NCBI RefSeq assembly: GCF_008831285.2
Contig: NC_045138.2
Span: forward strand, 19,778,001 to 19,842,000
Length of the DNA: 64,000 nt
Direction: 5' to 3'
Source: Nymphaea colorata
Taxonomy: Eukaryota
A program made the translations under genes and the position numbers. The notes below the pieces were generated by a model. That model was given only the letters and a program-made list of their open reading frames with translations, had not been told where the DNA came from and ran no database searches. The first letter of the stretch is position 1, and each line of letters opens with the position of its first letter. Of the stretch, positions 1 to 14,362 are shown piece by piece.

Positions 1-499
1 CAATACTTCCATATCATATCATAAGGGTCCATATGGGATGTACCCCCATATAACTAGTTATAGGGTTATAGGCTACAAGGTGATGGTTATGGGATGTACA
101 CCCATATAACTAGTTACAGGTGTATAAGGTGATGGTTATGGTACATGTAACCTACAATATGCACAACACTGGTTTTTCATATCAGATGGAGGATTCACCT
201 ACACCATAGATTTCATCCTTTTGCTACCATACTTTGTAATTTAGTGTTTATTTCATCTGTTTGATAGCTTATTTAGATTTTAGAACCACATTCTTTGTTA
301 GTATCACTACTGCCCTTCGGATATGTGCTTGGAATATTTTGCTTTCAACTCACTTTATTTAAGAACCCTGCAAGCAAAAAAGAGTCTGGATAAGGCACTA
401 GTTTACTTTGCAGTAGCTCCATGAATTCTTTGTGTTGCTTGTTTCTGAATCTATTGCATGAATGATACTGGAGAGGTTACATATCAAGTATCAACTCAG

Positions 500-3400
500 G
501 AAATTGCTGGTGACGAGCTTGTAAGGACATTGCAAATTAAAAGCAAAATACCTAGATCAAAAGCTCTTGCTGCATTAGAGGAGAAAATTCTGTCTGTGCT
601 TGCCGAAGAAGGTTTAATTGCAAAGGATGAGAATTATGTTCCTGCTGAATTGGTCCCTGAGGTGTATGAGGATGAAGATGAGGATGATGTTATTGTTGAA
701 GATGGGGAAGTAGATGAAGGGGATGTCCATATAAGGCCAGTTACAAGGAAGCCTATGGCCTTGGTGAGATACTTTTTAATATATTGTTTTTTCTTTTTAC
801 TCTTTTGCCACAATCAAGTTGATGTTGTCCTTTGTGAGTTTAAATTCCGCACATGAAAAGGATACAAATTTTTACTCTAGTTTTTCCATTTTCCATTATC
901 TTTAGTGCAATCAAGTACTACTATCAAGTTGCCCAATTTCATTTTGACTGCTTTTCAGCAATTTAGATGTAATTTGTTGCTTGAAATGTTACTGCATCTA
1001 TGACGTTAGTGAATTCCGATCACTCAAAGGGCCTTTTTTGGATTTTTTAATGATTGTCTTAGGACAAAAGGACAGGCTACATGGGCATGTTGGTAACCTA
1101 AGGGTGGGTGCCGGAGCGGGCCGCTGGCAGGGGCCCAATATTTTATTATTAAAAAAATATTTTATATTTTAGAAATAGTTTTTTATTATAACCAGGCTGG
1201 GCCGGGCTCGAAACCGGGTTTCGGGTACAGGGTCCAACTTTTGGACATCGGGTCGGCGCGGACCCAGTTCTTATAGTGCCGGGCTGGCCCGATGCCCACC
1301 TCTATGGTAACCTTGCGACACATAAATTCTGGACCTCATAGTAACAAATATCACCGATATTTTGAATTTTGAAAGTATCACAATTTTGTAACCAAACGAA
1401 GGAAAAACTAAAAAGCTCTTTAAAGTGGGGCAAGAACACAGGATTTTCAAAGTATTGCCAGAAGTAGATACCGTCAAAACATTGCGACAAAATGTTAAGA
1501 TTTAAGGTATTAATCTTACCAAGAGTGGAATTTTGTGACAATAGTACTGGTGTATCTTTGTCAAATTTTGACCATTAGGATGTTCAAATGTGTAACTACA
1601 TTAATTACTATCCAGTTGCTAGTACGGTTGCCAAAACAGGTTGAAGTACATTTTAGTTTTGTAATTAAGTTGTTTGGTTAAGTAACATGTTGAATTGTTA
1701 AACTACTAGTCTGGACATAATTCCTCAATATAACCATTATATTATATAACTTTATAATCAATATAAATATTTTTTTGTGCTGCTTAATATATATATCTAT
1801 ATATGTGGAAGAAATACTGGCAAAATTGGCTACCATGTTTGGTCCCTGGCTTTCTATTTTTTGAGGCTAAGTGGTATTTGAGTGCTTTTGGTCGTAAGAT
1901 TCATGTAGGTGAATATGCTAGTCACACTTGTGAAAACTATTGAAGGGCTTGGAGAACTGGTTCACATATGATGACTAATATTTGTGCTATGAAGTTTCCA
2001 TTTCTTTTCATTATTTTTTTTTTCACAAAGGCATGAGGTATTTAGTCGAAGAAGAAAAAGGAGGAATGCTTGGATGGAAGGAGTCCAGTAGATTGGTCTG
2101 TTTTATGTGGAGTATTTCTAATTGAACTTGCAACTTTAGATTTTAGAAATACCAGCTGGTTAATTTATGTTGTTTGGTATTGTTTCTTTGTTTCTTTAAG
2201 AATTTGTTCTTATGATTGTTCTTATCTAAGCATAAGAGAATGGTTGTTCAAGTCTTCTGTTGTTTAGTTTGAAGAACTCATGAAATGGATGTTTCTAATT
2301 ATGGTGCTTTCTTAATTTCTCCTATACCATGAATCCTTACCAAACTTCTTTTTATTAGCAGAAATTTTCTGAGGTTGATGTGAAGCTTGTATTTAAGGAG
2401 GTAACATCAAAGTTTCTGCGGAAGCGTATAGTAGAGGTAATTTAATCTTGTAATTATGCCAACTGACATACACATGTCTACATTATGCATATATATTTTT
2501 CTCCTTTCTTTTTCTCCATCATTTGTTTGTCTCGTTCTTTATTAGTTAGTCACACCCAACTCATTGATTGCTTGTTGCCTGATTGAACCCAACATGCAGA
2601 AAGATGGCCTACTAGGTATCAGATTATAGATGCCTACTAGGTATGAGATCATCTATGAACCCAACCTCGGTTGCTGACATTGCTTCCTTGCAGACATATG
2701 GTCGATATGGCTCTAATACCAGCAAATGGTGGGGCCTCTTATAACACAAATGACCAAAGGAATAATAGACTTGAACAAGGAAAAAAAAGAATTTAGAGTT
2801 GAGGTTAACAGAATAGTTACTCCTCTTCAAGGGACTGTTTCCTCCAAGGCCTATTTTACATCCAACATTCACGACATAAGGGGGTTTGCCCCAGTTTGTG
2901 TTCCTATGCCAATCCCCTGATACAATGGATATGTATCTAATTAGAAACCTGCCTAACTGGTCCATGTATCACTATTTCTTTATTCTCATCAGTTGTTACC
3001 AACTTATTTAAACATCAACTAGTAATGTCAAACTATGTAAAACTATGTGCTTTTGCCTTTTATAAGTTCGTAATGAAACAGATAAAGTGTGCTTGACCAA
3101 GTGCCTTATGTTTAGGATGCTATCAATTTCCCTCTTTTCTCCTTTTCTATTGGTTGCTTGGTGCTTGCATTTTGTCAAATAACATTATAACTAATGACAT
3201 TTCGTTATTGGAAGGGTGGGAAAAGAAGTGATGGACGAAATCACCAAGAGATACGCTTGATTAACTCAAGATGTGGACTGCTTCCAAGGGCTCATGGAAG
3301 TGCTCTTTTTACACGTGGAGAAACACAGGTCTCCTATCACTTCTCATTGAACAGATTTTCCTTTTCTTTAAGCAATTCTTGCTTGTGCTTATATTGTCCT

Positions 3401-6400
3401 TGTACTGAGTTTATCACATCTTAGCGTCTTACTATTTTTCGGATTTTATCTCGTTAAAAGTATTATATTGATGGAAGAAAATTTTCCATTAGTAAGATTA
3501 CATTATGATTTGTAGACCACCACAGCCATTAACCAAAAAGAAAACTGAGAATCAGTTAACATTTTCCCATCCAGAGGAGGAAAAGGTTCAAGTTTAAATG
3601 ACTTACAGAAAAAATTCCGACTCTTTATTTTACTCTCCAACTGATACTAGAAATTTAGAACTATGCTTGATTGGTGGCTCATGGTATTCATTTTCAACAA
3701 TGCCTTCTCTATTGTAAAAGATAAGTGGAACAATGTTTTAGGAAAAACGGAAATATTTGCCTTTTGTTCTCTCCTTTATTTCCTTTCAGGACCTGGTAGG
3801 TAATTGCAGTAGAAACTTCTGTCCCTATCGGAGGTGAAAGGGTATCTGGTGTCATGGTGGTTTTACTTTTCTAGTATTCTGTATTTTCTTCCATCGTACT
3901 TAGTTTGGTCATCTTTTAATTTTTGGCATTCTTAGAAGTTAGAACATATATTCTTCTATCTTGTAACCTTTAGAACCAGAGTCGGATTCTTACTGAAGGA
4001 ACTTGTTCTGTCCCACTTCAAAGTCACCGCTTGGTATGTGTTTCTGAACTGTTCATGGTGAAACATCAAATTGTTTCTGTGCAAACTGGCAACTATAAGC
4101 AGCCTAAAACTTGGTCAAAGAACGAATAGTCTCTGTTGGACAAGGAACAATCAAATACCGAATACCCATGAATGGATGTCATTAAGACTCCTGAAAATGG
4201 AGTATTTGTTCAATATGTAGCTTGATAACACCTTTGAACTGTCATAAATGATGCCTAAGAGGAACTAGTTCACCTTGATGAGAAACAATAGTTCAAGGTC
4301 CTTGTAGGATGGAAATTATACTGCTCAGTAACCTATGTATATTGTATACAAATAACAGTGTAAAGATTAAGAAGTTATGATATGGTAAAATCTCTCTGTC
4401 CGAGTTTGCATTCTTGAATGCTACTGATATGAATCAAACAAGATATATATACCACTTACAAAAACTTCTTGACAAACTAATAATTGGCTTGACATAAAGT
4501 AGTGAGATTAGGAAGTTGAACCAAGTAATTGGTGAGTATAAGCAGGAAAAAAGACGTTTTAAAAATTTTAGAAAGTGGGGAAACCTGAGAGACCTAGAAG
4601 TGAACTAAAATTGACAAACATGGTTAAAAGTTGGAAGTGGTGCACATTCATGTCTTTAGCAGAATCATATACTTCATTGACAGATTGAAGCATGAACTTG
4701 AAGCCTCTGCAGTCTGAGGATAACATATTGTATGCAACTTTTTGACAAGATTCACTTATGGGCCTATGAGCAACATTTAATGGATCCTATGAGCAACATT
4801 TAATGGATCATTTAGTAACTGAAAATATGTATAAATTTTCATGCAATATCCAGATAGTACAAAAGTTGTTCCATATGAGAGATTTAACAATTACCAATTT
4901 GATTTAAGATAATAGTAAGTGATATTGGTGAGATATTTTCTTTGGGAAGTTGGAACCTAAAAATGCAATGCTTTCCCTGAAAATCATGTTTTTGGTGTCA
5001 ATGAAGAAATTAAAAACCTGGGAACTTATTACCAGTCTAAGGGAAGCATGCTAGGGATATGAAAGAAAACATAGAAAGAAGCATGGACATGCACAATAAG
5101 AAAGGGGAAATAATAGATGAGGAGAAACTGAAGGTATCACAAAGGAATCTAAAGAAAAGTGTGATGTCCATTGTGTCCTGGAACTGAGAGAGAACCCTTT
5201 TTTCAGTTAGCTATGGTTTTATGCTGATCCTGGATCTACATCTTTTGGGTTGTTTGAACTAAAAAAACTTTTACTACATCTCATGAATATTTATTTTAAA
5301 TTTCTATTTGGAAAGTGACCTTTGAGGAGGAAAGATGACAAATAACGAATTGTGGAACTATTTTCTAGGTCTGACCTTATGCAAACTCCCGTGGTGATAC
5401 AGCATCTCCATCTTAGTATTTGGATGGCCGTTTTAGTTTTTGCACAACGTTTTATGAGCAATGAAATCAAGATTCAGATTTTGTATGGTTCCTTGTTTAG
5501 TTCATTCCTTGGGGATGATTTAGTGGATTCAATCTACGAAGCTAAAAATCCATTGATGGTGCAAGCTTCTCACTAAGACTTTTCAATCATTGAAAGTCCT
5601 TGTTGAATAACTCGCGACTCCCAACTCCCAGGCCTCTGGATGACTTTTAGGTTTCCTTAACAAGGTCATCGCTCACCAACAGCATTCTGTATTTATGTCT
5701 AAAGTATGGCAGTCAAAAAGCCTGAATAATGTTGCTTTATTAAGAGTTTTTTACCAGTATTGGATCTCATAATTGGCAGAAAAACTCTTGAACATGGTCA
5801 ATGTGTTTCTCAGATTGCTTGGGTATCACTTTCTGGCTGAGCTTGTCTGGCTGGTAGCAGGCTTATCCTTTTCATTTAGCTTTTGCTTTTTGTTTCCCCT
5901 AGAGCAGGGAAATTTCTGTATGTTTAGTACTGTTAGCGATTGGAGATCCATTGTACCTGATCTCTTATGGTCAATACAATATTATGGATTGTATAAACGG
6001 TCTTGCTTACAATCTTTTAACTTGTAGTTGGAAAGCTTTTGTTTTTATCTTTGAACTTCATGTTTTTTCTTCAGTTTTCCTAACAACCTCTTGGTCTCAG
6101 TCACTTGCAGTTGTCACCCTTGGTGATAAGCAAATGGCTCAAAGAATAGATAACCTCGTGGATTCTGATGAATTAAAACGCTTCTATCTCCAGGTGATGC
6201 TCCTTTTCTGTGCACTGGACTTTGGTTGTATGTGTGCAATGCATCATGTTGCCCATATAAACATTCTTTTCTTTTGAGAATATTTGGTTAAATGCTTAAT
6301 TTCTTAGGCTTGGTAAATTCAGTACTCCTTCCCTCCTTCCTGTGTTGGAGAAGTTGGACGAATTGGAGCACCTAGTAGAAGGGAAATTGGCCATGGAACG

Positions 6401-9400
6401 CTTGCAGAGAGAGCCCTGGAACCTATTTTGCCTTCAGAAGAGGACTTCCCCTACACAATACGTGTTGAAAGTACTATTACAGAAAGCAATGGTTCCTCAA
6501 GGTGAACATTTTCTTATTTCCAGAGATGAAATCCTTCTTGATTGTTGAAACACCACATAGTTTATTTAGTCCAATGTAAAAGATATCTGTTTCACCTTTC
6601 ATGTGACCAGCAATATGAAACATCTCTAACCTCTTTAACTTTTTTACTTTCACTTATGAACAGTATGGCATCAGTTTGTGGCGGATGCTTGGCTTTGCTA
6701 GATGCTGGAGTTCCAATAAAGCGTTCTGTTGCCGGGATAGCAATGGGCATGGTTTTGGATACAAAAGAATTTGGAGGAGATGGAAGTCCCCTTATTCTTT
6801 CTGATATCAGTGGATCTGAAGATGCTTCTGGTGATATGGATTTCAAGGTGCAATTGATGCTTTTATTAGATCATGCTGTGTTCCCTTTGTTTTTTTTTTT
6901 ACACTGTGGCCCCTAGAACTAGAATGTTTATTGGTTAGTGAAATTTCTGCTCAAGTCTTGGTTGTTTCTGTTGTATAGATTGCAGGAGATGAGAATGGCA
7001 TCACTGCTTTTCAGATGGACATAAAGGTTCTTAGTCATTTTAATGATGTTATTATGTTACGTATAAATTGCGAGGGTTCACACGGTTCTATTTATGGCAT
7101 ATACTGTACTCTTTCACTTCCATATGTATCACATAACATGTGCTTTGCCACAATTGATATTTGTTCCTTATATTAGGTTGGTGGAATTTCTCTTCCTGTT
7201 ATGGAGAAAGTACTACTGCAGGCAAGGGATGGACGGAAGCAAGTTCTTGGTAATATTCCATCTTATTTAGCCATTCTTTTATTCTGGGAGGCATTTATTT
7301 GACACTTATTTTAGATGTTGTCGATTCAATGCGAGCTCTCTCAAGTCTCAACAATACATATATGATTTTGACTTTTAAGTTTCCAAAATGGCAAAGGGTT
7401 AGTCTTATTCATATTCGAAGATATGAATTTAGCATTATCTTTGGGATTTTTGAATTGTATAATTTTGATTTTTTTTCTTATTTCAATAATGCAATTTAAT
7501 TTAATTGAATATCATGTTCTTTCAGCTGAGATGTTGAGGTGCTCCCCATCTCCAGCCAAGAAATTATCCAAATATGCCCCACTAATTCATGTGATCAAGG
7601 TTTGACAATACTCAGAAGCTATGTTACTAGGTCTTATTTTGAAGTTGGCAACTTGTACTTTTCTCTGATCCTTGTGCACTAAATCACTTTGAACTTTTTT
7701 GTGTAGGTTAAACCAGAAAAACTGAATATCATCATTGGAACTGGTGGGAAGAAGGTGAAAAGCATCATTGAAGAGTCTGGAGTGGAAAATATAGATACGG
7801 AAGTTAATGGCCTGGTAAGAGTCACCTTTCCTTATGTTGTTGGTTTTCTCCTTGTACTAATCCATTTTACACTTTGTCCTACAGGTCAAAATAACTGCCA
7901 AGGACTTAACAAGTTTGGAGAAATCGAAAGTCATGATCACTAATCTAACAATGGTTCCCGCTGTTGGTGACATTTACAGGTTTGTTTTTTTCTCTTCTAT
8001 TTCAGGGTTCAAATTATGAGATTGATCAAACATTTACCTTTTCTATCCTCTACGATATGTCATACATCAGGGCCTTTAGTCTTTCGTACTGATATTAAAT
8101 GCAGAGCAGGTTTATTTCTCAGATTGCATTACATAGTTTCTGTTAGAATTTCATTCTCAGGAGCAAGTGGCATGTGTTTAATCTCAATTTTCAAATTTTT
8201 GTGGCATTAGATTGTGGAAAAAAGTTTATGGTTACTGGATAATGAGGTGAGAACAGGTTTGAGTTATGTATGCAACCAAGGAATTGTTTCGAGAAAAAAA
8301 AAAAATCTTTCTGGTATACTTGGAAAAAAATCAGTGAGAGGTCCTCTGCCTGTAGAGAATCAGGATTGTATGGTTGTTCTCACTATCTTTCAATAGACAG
8401 GCAAAAGCATTTAGACGCTCCATTCTGCTCAAGTTATACTTTTTGACTAATGTTGGTCGATTGTCGGACTGCTTATGAGCTCCTTGTTTATTTACTCCTA
8501 TGAAGTTATAGGGAGAACCATTTGTTTCTCTTGTGTATCAATGTAGTAGAAATCCAATGTTTTGTGCTTGTAAATTTTAATTTTACACATTGTTCAGATG
8601 TACGTGGTCCAAGGTGTATTTACTGCTGAGAATTAATTCCTTTCCATTTGATCAGGTTTTTTGTAGTTTTGATTTAGGCTTGAGTTGCAATCTTTGGCTT
8701 GATATGTTCTTTCCCTTCTTGGAAGGGTGGGGAAAGGTGGTAAAGGAGAAACCCTACTTGCCTGCTGCATTTCGTGGCATAAAATCCCAGGTCCTCCTTG
8801 CCTACCGCTAAGATACCCAGCTTCTGCCTCGTTGCACGAGATGGACAATAATGGCTTTCAAAGTCACCATTTCCTGTCAATTCATGATGTTAACCTTTTA
8901 CTTAATGATAGTAGATTCATGCGGAAAATTGCTATATATTCTAAGAAAGAGTTGTTCATTTTATCAAGGGGCTTTCACTGTAATGACTGAACACAAGGAC
9001 CTATAGAAAATTTATTTGACGAATGCATTCCATTCACAGGAATTGTGAGATAAAATCAATTGCACCTTTTGGAGTTATTGTGGAGATTGCTCCTGGTCGT
9101 GAGGTGAACTTTTCCCTAATAATAAGGTTTTGATTTATTATTTTTTGGTCTATGCTGTATATATCTCTCAACCAGAAAGTATTGCTTTCTCAAAGGTGCC
9201 TAATATCTCTTTATATGGGAATGGTTGAGCAAACATATCTCTTTAAATATTATCTTATATTGGAAGTGGTTGATTTGGCTCTCTTATCATGCCATGAAAT
9301 CTAGCTTCATGATCATAAAGATGAAGCTTTCTTAATGATTATGTTTATCATTTTCTCAGGGTCTCTGTCATATTAGTGAACTGACATCAAGTTGGCTAGC

Positions 9401-10175
9401 GAAGGCTGAAGATGTAAGTGTCTAGACTTTTTTTTTCACTCTTCAATTGTGTATCTTCCTTTTCAACATTTAGTATTTTCTTCGTCAAAATGCTGGAATG
9501 TGATACAAAATTTGAATCGTCCACTTTGGGATGCAGGTGTTTAAAGTCGGAGATCGTGTGGATGTGAAAGTTATTGAGGTTGTGTTTCATCAGTAGTGCT
9601 TCATTAGTAGAGTTTGCTGCTTGATATTTCTGGGAGCTTCTTCCTCCCATGCTTTGATATGTCCTGTGTGATCTGAATAGGCAGTTAAGCTGAAGATTGC
9701 TTATCACTCAAATTCTTAAAGGGAAATGAATATCTTGTCCACATTTTCTGCGCTTAGTTTACTAATAGTTATATGCTTTTGATATTAGATCAATGAACGA
9801 GGTCAAGTCCGTTTAAGTCGTCGAGCACTACTGCCAGATGAAGACACAGAGAAAGCAAATAGTAAACAGGGGTCCAGCGATGCTGATGCTACTTCTGATG
9901 TGTCTGTTGATGGTTCCCTTCAAAAGAGTAAAGCAGAACCCCTAAGCAAAGACATCACCTTGGAAAAGCCGATCCGTGGCTCAGCAGATGGACCAATTAC
10001 TAAAGATGGATCTGTTAAATCTCCCAAAAATAGCAAAGTCTATAGACGATCATCCAGTTCGCGAGATATGCCTGTTGCTAATAAAGAGGGGCCAAAGAAA
10101 AGTAGCGGTAAAAATGTTGCTACGACTGCTGCAGATGATGGCACAGTACTTAGTGGAGAGACTAGAATGAGTTAG
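500..10175 (+). CDS. PNP1: Plastid polyribonucleotide nucleotidyltransferase (PNPase), 5'-partial; exons 500-763, 2362-2436, 3215-3328, 6101-6193, 6323-6501, 6664-6847, 6979-7026, 7177-7249, 7526-7599, 7707-7814, 7885-7979, 9040-9103, 9360-9413, 9537-9578, 9789-10175
   Basis: GT-AG exons join in frame: RSDGR...[51 protein letters not shown] (RNase PH 2), [10 protein letters not shown] (KH), GLCHISEL and VGDRVDVKV (S1). The acidic [24 protein letters not shown] insert matches the plastid isoform (Arabidopsis RIF10). Confidence 0.95.
1099..1304. mobile_element. Non-autonomous hAT-type MITE (206 bp) in a PNPase intron
   Basis: Termini TAAGGGTGGGTGCCGG ... CCGATGCCCACCTCTA are imperfect inverted repeats; perfect 8-bp TSD TGGTAACC at 1091-1098 and 1305-1312. 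Confidence 0.85.
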
Positions 10176-10874
10176 AAAATTTTTGAAAATGGTTTAATTT
10201 GCCATATGCATTGAATCATTGATGGCCCAACTGGTGTTGAAAAGGAAATCCTTCGTTCAATTGTGAAAATTCCAGGTATGATGTACAAACTACTGTCTTC
10301 ACAGTTGTGCATTCTGTTCTCTCATGGATTTTATGGATATCTATGGTCGTAGCCATTGTATGATGCTCAGGATAGGGACCTTAAAAATAACAAAAGTGTG
10401 TTGAGTAGGAGACCTCTTAAAGGTGCTATGGTATATATTTGGGAAAGCCATAAAGCATTGCTCTTCCTATGTCCCCTACTCTGGATTATGCCAATGTTTG
10501 AAGAAATAATTGTACTGGCAATTCGAGGATTTGACCAGATTGACTCTCATGTTACAGTAGCGAACTATGTAAGTAATGAATAGAAGAGTATGACCAGGGC
10601 TAAATGGAGACTAGGGAAATCTGTATCCTTGGTTTCTGTGATGCATGTGGTCAATTTAGAGGTGAGAACTGTATATGGTCAAAAACCCTGTAATCACCAA
10701 TTCATTGCAAAAGATCCATTCTCCTTCTCACAAGCTTTAATTGTCTGCTAAATGATTGCTTAATCTGACATCCTTTCTCTATGACAAACTGACGTTATGT
10801 AAATGTTATGCTTTCATCGCCTTAATGAACGAGAAGTAACCAATCACATGATCTGATATTTGGTATTTTGGCTG

Positions 10875-11100
10875 TGAAACATGGGGGTACCCTGAATAGG
10901 TTGAAGCCCCTTCTCCTTTCCTTCTGCCCTTGAGATCCAGACCTGCTTTGGGACCTAGGTAGGGAATGGTACATCTGTCAAGTAGAGTGTCACACATCTT
11001 CCATTTGCAGTCTAGAAAAGTAGCATCCATGGGAATTGAACTGACAATCGGATTTGCACTGGTCCACCATTCCAACCAGCTATGCTACACCCCTCATGGT
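10875..11100 (-). mobile_element. tRNA-derived SINE-like element
   Basis: Minus strand head ACCATGAGGGGTGTAGCATAGCTGG; A box (11076-11087) and B box AGTTCAATTCCC (11031-11042) at tRNA-like spacing. 3' end approximate. Confidence 0.6.
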
Positions 11101-13104
11101 GTTTGTTTGGGCTGGGAAACACGGAAATTGGATAGTCCCTCTGGATGTATAATGCACAAACTGTACAACACCGCAACTGGGAGCCCTTATCCTGCTGCTC
11201 AAATACCATCTTTAGATTTTATAGTTTGTGATCAGTGCTTGAGGAAAACATAATCCAACTGGCTGTTTCTTCACATTTTTTACATTTTGTAATTTTTCTT
11301 CATTTGTTGCATCATGCAGGTTTTTCAGTTTCTGGATTCACATGCTGTTTTCTCACTTTTGATGTTAAGGCGGCATCATTTTGTGAACTTTTTTGAGATG
11401 CTGGAGTTTGTGGCCGATGTTTGGAAGCTTTTGATATGCCAACGGTGGAGTATATTTGAAAGAGGCACTGCTCCTTGTCTGTGATATTGCCTAATCATCC
11501 TTTATTTGTCCGAAGCTTCAACAGGGAAGCCTTGGGTGTTCTTATTGCCTGCTCTGCAGCTTTGTCATGTAAGGTTGTGGGCAGCGTAATGTTTTTAGAC
11601 TCCCAAATTCCAAGCATTCGGAAGTCAACTGTACAGTTTTTTCTACCTCAGGTGCTATGTTGCCGCTGCATGTATGAACATGGACTTGTAATCTTTTCTT
11701 TTTTGTGCTATCATCATTTTGCCTCTATCTTAAATTTCTGTCTGCAATTTTCGTATCATGTATTCATGGCACCTACTGTTCTCTTCATGATTCTGAGAGC
11801 AAGCGTTGACTTCCATGGGCAGCTATCTTAAGTAACTAAGATTTTTCTTTTCAAATTAATGTTTCTTTTACAGGTTTCTGTCAGTACTTGCTCCACAAAC
11901 ACACATGCATCGAACTTGGAACTGTGAGAAGTTTTGAGGCGCTCCATCATATACTGTGTTTCTGTCAATACTTGCTCCACGTCACACACACATGCATCTT
12001 GTGGGTTTCTTGTAAAATCTCTCTCCTTTGAACTCCAATTTGACTAGTAGCCCCTTTTCTCTGTTTGAAACCTTTTTTCTTTTTTGCGCTTCGCTACAGC
12101 TTTTGTGTGCATAGACTTTATAGAAAGAACTTAAGGACGTGCAGGCAAATGATGTCCCCCTTCCCACATTCTTCTCTCAATCTCTGGAGAGGTTTGCTGC
12201 ATATTTTTTCTCCTAAAATGATTTTCCGGCATAAGAAAAGTAAAACTAATCCTGAATAAGTTGTCCAAGAGGCACGTCAGTTCACAGAGCTTCTTCGTAA
12301 GATAAGCCAATTGAGATCAGGCTTCAGCAACTTAGACTATGCATTGACAATGAAATCAACTTTTTTTAGCTCATTTAATAAGCACAACGGATGGAACCTC
12401 TTCATTCGTTAAAAAAACCCTAGAAACAACGACGACTAATGAATATATCTTTTGCTAATAGAAGGAGAAAGCGCCAAGAGGTTGCATGTTCAGTAATGTA
12501 CTAATCGAATAGTCTTGGATTGAACTTAACAAGAAGGACAAAGGAAGAGCCCCCCATTATAAGGACAAAGTGGAAAACTGAAAGGGTTCATCCTTCAAAC
12601 GCCGTGTCTACTTTGCACTGCACTAGCAAAGAGAGTTTCTGTGCTGTATGGAAACCTCCACGGTGAACATATTGTACCAGACTTTTTTGGGAATGGATGC
12701 CCCATTAAAAAGGGGGACAAAAAGGTTGAGGTTTATTTGTAGGGAGGATAGAAATTTTGCCCGATGCGGTGATTAAAAATCTTAAAACACGAGGAACCAT
12801 TGTTGCTGGACTATAACCATACCTACAAACATTATTTAGCAATGTATACTTAATTTTTAGTCATCTGGCAATATCATTTTTTAGAAATACAAAAAGTAAT
12901 TTCTGTTATAGCACTACGATTTGCAAAACACGCACCTAGAAGCATCGAGCTATGATTTTTTATTGGCCAGTAATGGCTGCATTTTGTATGTTTTATTTAT
13001 TTATTTATTTTGGCAAAATTACAACTGTATGGATGTGATATTCATAATCAAACCACAATAACTTTTTATAAAAAAATGGCAACTTTAGGGTGTATAAATA
13101 AGAT

Positions 13105-13351
13105 CTTTTTTTTTATGTTTACTTGGGGGAAACTATGTTTGGCATAAAACCTCCGGACCTTTATGCCTCCAAGATTTTGGCTTGTTTTGACATCCGAGTC
13201 AATTTATGGTATATCGTTCAAGTGTCGTGCTTGCTACAGTTTGCAGCCCGTATGAATAATACACCAGAATGCAATAGCGACCATCAGATTTGAACCTCGA
13301 ACTTCATAAATGTAAACCCCGTTGCTACCAGGTTATCTACACCCCTTGAGT
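13105..13351 (-). mobile_element. tRNA-derived SINE-like element with A-rich tail
   Basis: Minus strand head ACTCAAGGGGTGTAGATAACCTGG; A box 13328-13339, B box GGTTCAAATC 13287-13296; poly(A) at about 13105-13114. Confidence 0.6.
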
Positions 13352-14362
13352 TTAACAATCAACCGTTAGGATTTTTTAGCATATACGACCTAATAAACGT
13401 AGTCAACAACCCATGTGAAGAGTTTAAGTAGGGAAGATGAGACGAGAAAGAAAAACATGAAAATGAAGCTTCCCATGTGAAGAGTGTCTCCACCCTCCAT
13501 TATTTTGTGCGTCATATTCTACATGTGCCCTAAAAACAGCTATGGTTCCACGTTTTCACCGGAAACCCTAGACTCTTTCACATGCCAAACTTTCTTGTTA
13601 TCATGCCTATCTCACTCATATGCTTTCATCTCCTTTCTCGATGAAGTTGGCTCCATGTGGCTAATCCCTTTTAATTACTGATTCCTTTTTCTCCCCTTTT
13701 GCCTTCTTTCCAACTTTGTTTTCCAATGATAAGAGTAAAGCTAGAAAGTGAAATGGAAGATATCATGATGACTAAAGGGGCTTTTAGCCTTACTGCATTC
13801 GGATTGGGCAGGTTGGTTGGAGTGGTATGCAGTCGGCGGCTAAAACAATTACATGTTGTTCTATGAATCTGATTATAAAAATGGAACGGATTCATGAAGC
13901 AGTGAACAAATTGTTTCATGAATATATCCATTTTTGTATCTAGATTTATAGAGTCATATATTTTTATCATATTCGCTAAGTAGTCCCTTTTTACAAGCTA
14001 AATAAACATAGGCCTTGTGATTATTAGGGGAGTGGGTTCCCAATGTAGTCGATGCAATAAATGGTAAGGGGGGTTGGTAAGTAGCCTGTTTTTGTTTTGA
14101 ATTCTTGGGGCATCAACCCTCTATGCTTTAAAAAGATGATCATCAACACATAAGTTGAAGTATGACAGAGATAACAGTGTGAGGCATCGAAAGAATGCCT
14201 TATATCTTGGGGAGACAAGAGATTGGGTGGTGGGGTGTTTGGCCTTCAGTCCGATAGTGTGTCACTGCAGCTCCCCATGATTATTCGGAGAGCGGGGGAG
14301 GGTGGGGTGGATGCTTGCGTTGGAGTTTTACACATGTCAAATAAGTTGTGACAAAATCTCTT

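Noticed and set aside
2624..2965. Overlapping ORFs in a PNPase intron
   Set aside because: No recognisable homology; not needed for the PNPase frame.
11031..11100. tRNA gene
   Set aside because: A and B boxes are present but no cloverleaf or acceptor stem; better explained as a SINE head.
11475..11831. 118-aa ORF downstream of PNPase
   Set aside because: Non-ATG start, no recognisable domain, composition like non-coding DNA.
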